Positions 60,840 through 64,000 of a stretch of 64,000 nt of DNA are shown in pieces. The notes under the pieces were generated by a model. The model did no database searches, was not told the origin of the DNA, and saw only the letters and a list, made by a program, of their open reading frames with translations. The position numbers and the translations under genes are program-made. How positions within the stretch are numbered: the stretch's first letter is position 1; each line of letters opens with the position of its first letter. The DNA is from Chrysomallon squamiferum (taxonomy: Eukaryota > Animalia > Mollusca): assembly GCA_012295275.1 (NCBI GenBank), contig CM022667.1, positions 13,020,001 through 13,084,000 on the forward strand. Direction: 5' to 3'.

Positions 60840-62129
60840 ATTAGCACAACTCAGTTTTCCGCCGAGCTTTCGCGACTGGCTTCTTCTTCCAGTTTGAGAA
60901 ATCAACTGTTTTTCACAAATAAACTCTCCTTATGTGTCAATGAAGAAATGATTGAATTTAAACCAAAACAGATTCAGATGAACAGTATCTTAAATAATCT
61001 TAATCTAGACTCACTAGGATAAGCAATGTAACTGTAAAATCAATCAGGTTTGTTCTAACAGAAGATAACAACGGAACTAAAATTTGGAGCAGCACATCGA
61101 ATGCCTTTCATCATTTTCTGTTTTTTTTTTTTTTTTTACTTTACTGCTTAAACGATTTATTACTGAATCTGGCAAGTTTGCATTTCTGCGTAAATCCATT
61201 TTATAACCATCAATCTGCTCTAGAACAGCGTTAGTAAATATTCATATTATTTCAAAAACATTATTATCACAGAAACTGATTTCATAAACAGCTTTTAGCG
61301 GTTGGTTTTTTTCTAAGGGTTGTCTCGATGGCCGAACGGTAAAAACGTCCGACGTATGAGTGCAGTGCCTTCGAGTCCAGTCACAGAGTGACACACCTGG
61401 ATGTGGATGTGGATGTGGATGTGGATGTGGACCCGCTGAAGGTGCAGTTAAGAAACTGTGACGATTGATTATAACAGATATGTATAATTGGCATATATTA
61501 CAGATATAAACTATATATTCACTATGACCACCAAACCAAAACACAATATTTATATTACAAAGATAATTATATTATTTTATACATGTATTCTTATTATTTA
61601 GTGGTTGAGGACGTGGTAGTTGGCGTTAAATGAAATACTGTAATTCTTAATTCTTTTAATTTTTCTCTAACAGGTTTTGTTATAAATAAATATAAAACTC
61701 AAACTCTCTGTGGATCATATACAGGTCACATCAAATTGATCACAAATCATTTCAGAGTAAACAGAAACACGATAACCATTTGTCCCTGCTTCCGGCCTAA
61801 ACAAAGATAACGCAAAATATAATTACAAAGTAATTGCTTAATAATGGCCGCCAACTCCTTCCTCCTATCCGTGACTTCTCTTTGTTCTTTGTGGTCTGTG
61901 TCTGTGATCTCTGGGCTCTTAAGTCTTTTACTTAAATAATCATGTCGCGAAATTCCTTTTGTCTCTCGCTAATGACTGTTAATTGTTAGGTGATTTTAAT
62001 AATTGGATTACTGTTAACTAACAGTAGATATTTAATTAATACATATTGTTAGGAATATTTGTAGAAATGAATGGTTAACATATTTACTTACTTTAAGGAT
62101 ATATATAAGGTTTAATGTGTAATGAACAG

Positions 62130-62173
62130 CAGCTAGCTCTGATTAGCACGTTAATTTTTTTCACTTCACACGC
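62130..62173 (+). mobile_element. 44-bp 5'-truncated copy of the same retroposon family as 53608-53717
   Basis: CAGCTAGCTCTGATTAGCACGTTAATTTTTTT matches 53672-53703 with 1 mismatch; flanked by 9-bp TSD AATGAACAG (62121-62129, 62174-62182). Confidence 0.82.
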
Positions 62174-62831
62174 AATGAACAGTGAACTAACTCGAAGCAA
62201 CCACAATCTATATATAAGTTCAACATCTCCGTAGAATAAGTCATAAATTGAGAATATTGTAGAGTCAAGAAAATAAATATTTGTACGTAAACACTTACAT
62301 CACTGTTAAAAAAATCTGAAATAGTACTCTTTGATTACATTAGCGTTTCCTGAAATATATAAAACAAATTGTTCTTCATTAAATATTGATGTGAAACGAA
62401 GGCGCGGAAGTTCGTTAATTTCACATTTCAATGAACCCGTATAAACATAAAAAAAAAGATTATAATAGTTATAATAATACAAGTAGAAAATAGAACCGTA
62501 ATAATAATAATACAATCAGTCAAAACGTAATAAATGAATTGTCTTTGTTACATAAATTTTATGCACTCGTTATTTCTTGATCTAAACGCTTTGTACATCA
62601 ATATCGAATCAGTAAACAGACTTAATTCAGAAACTTTTTTGATTAAGATGAAATGTGTCAGAAATAGTGATGCATTTAATATACATATTTGTTTTTTTTT
62701 TTTATAACACTAAAGAAAAATCAAAGACATTTTGGTTTAATCCTTTCGATATTTAATGATAAAATACAATTACAATCTTGAACGAATACATATTCAGATT
62801 TGTACATAGAGATATACATACATACATACAC

Positions 62832-62894
<63 letters not shown>

Positions 62895-63476
62895 TATATA
62901 AAACAAACATACATAGACATTGATATAAACACACAAACAAAATAAATAAACACACTTACATATATATATATATAGACATACTTCATCATCATCATCATCT
63001 TCATCACAGTCATCAAATAGAATAAATAAATAAATAAATAAATAAAAATATAATAAATAAATAATAAACAAATAAATAAATTTACGGACTAGAAAAAATA
63101 AAAAAATACTCAAAACGTTCAGTTTACTTTGCTGTCTAAACTAACGATTCATTACGTTTGTGTTGTGAGCAATAAAAGTTAATGTTTTTTTTTTTTTCTC
63201 TTTCTTGCTCTCTCGCTTTCTGTCATTGGAAAAAACCCATTTGAAAATCATTTCATAGCTTTTTTATGTGTGCATAACTGTGAACAATTACAAAGTAATT
63301 CTAGAGATTGTCAACAAAAATAAATTGATTCCAGATTCTGTCAATGGAAATAGCGTGAAATAAAAAACTTTTTAGAATATGTGAAAGCTGCTGGCTTTTT
63401 ATTTAACAACATCAATAGATTATTATTATTATTATCTGAACGTTCTTTTTAATTTTTTTTATCTTTCAGTTCTTTC

Positions 63477-63586
<110 letters not shown>

Positions 63587-64000
63587 TTACGAGATTTTTC
63601 AAATAACAGTAAATAAAAAATGACATTCAAAACACATCACTGACAACTACTAACATATTTATTGCAAGATAGATTTTAACAATTTCAAATTAGTTTGACA
63701 CGCTTATTAATTAACAGTATATAAGACATCACCGCGTGAATCATTTAATAACTGAAAAAAAAAAGTTACTGTACTATTATACATGTTATTAATCATAGTA
63801 TTTACAAAATAGAACCACAGATTTATTTCATTTTCTTGTAGGTATGTACGTACGTACGTGTGTCTGTGTGTATGTATGTATGTCTGTGTGTGTATGTGTG
63901 TGTATGCATCTACATAATGTAAGTATTTGTGTTTTTACATATGACTATTTATTTATATAAGCACATCAGATAACTTTTTCACATATAAAATTATGGCGAT

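Overview
AT-rich, microsatellite-laden animal genomic DNA with spliceosomal introns. The gene families suggest an invertebrate, probably a mollusc (inference). In order: (1) the damaged 3' end of a Methuselah-like class-B GPCR (1-428); (2) a 25-coding-exon ANKRD27/VARP gene on the minus strand (20368 to 3141 or 2295), whose last exon encodes two WH2/beta-thymosin/actobindin-like actin-binding motifs followed by a 42-bp coding VNTR; (3) MRPS17 (minus); (4) a convergent inverted pair of somatomedin-B/Methuselah-like GPCR genes with near-identical ends and a strongly diverged central ectodomain; (5) four tandem minus-strand genes for secreted PAN/Apple + C-type lectin proteins; (6) a full-length ~7.5-kb I-group LINE with RNase H and a 12-bp TSD, inserted between lectin genes C and D and itself interrupted by a short retroposon that has a second copy at 62.1 kb. 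Exon models were assembled by eye from splice sites and reading phase; no database search was run. Several frameshifts are 1-nt indels in homopolymers and may be assembly errors. Most of the provided ORFs are microsatellite or antisense artefacts.
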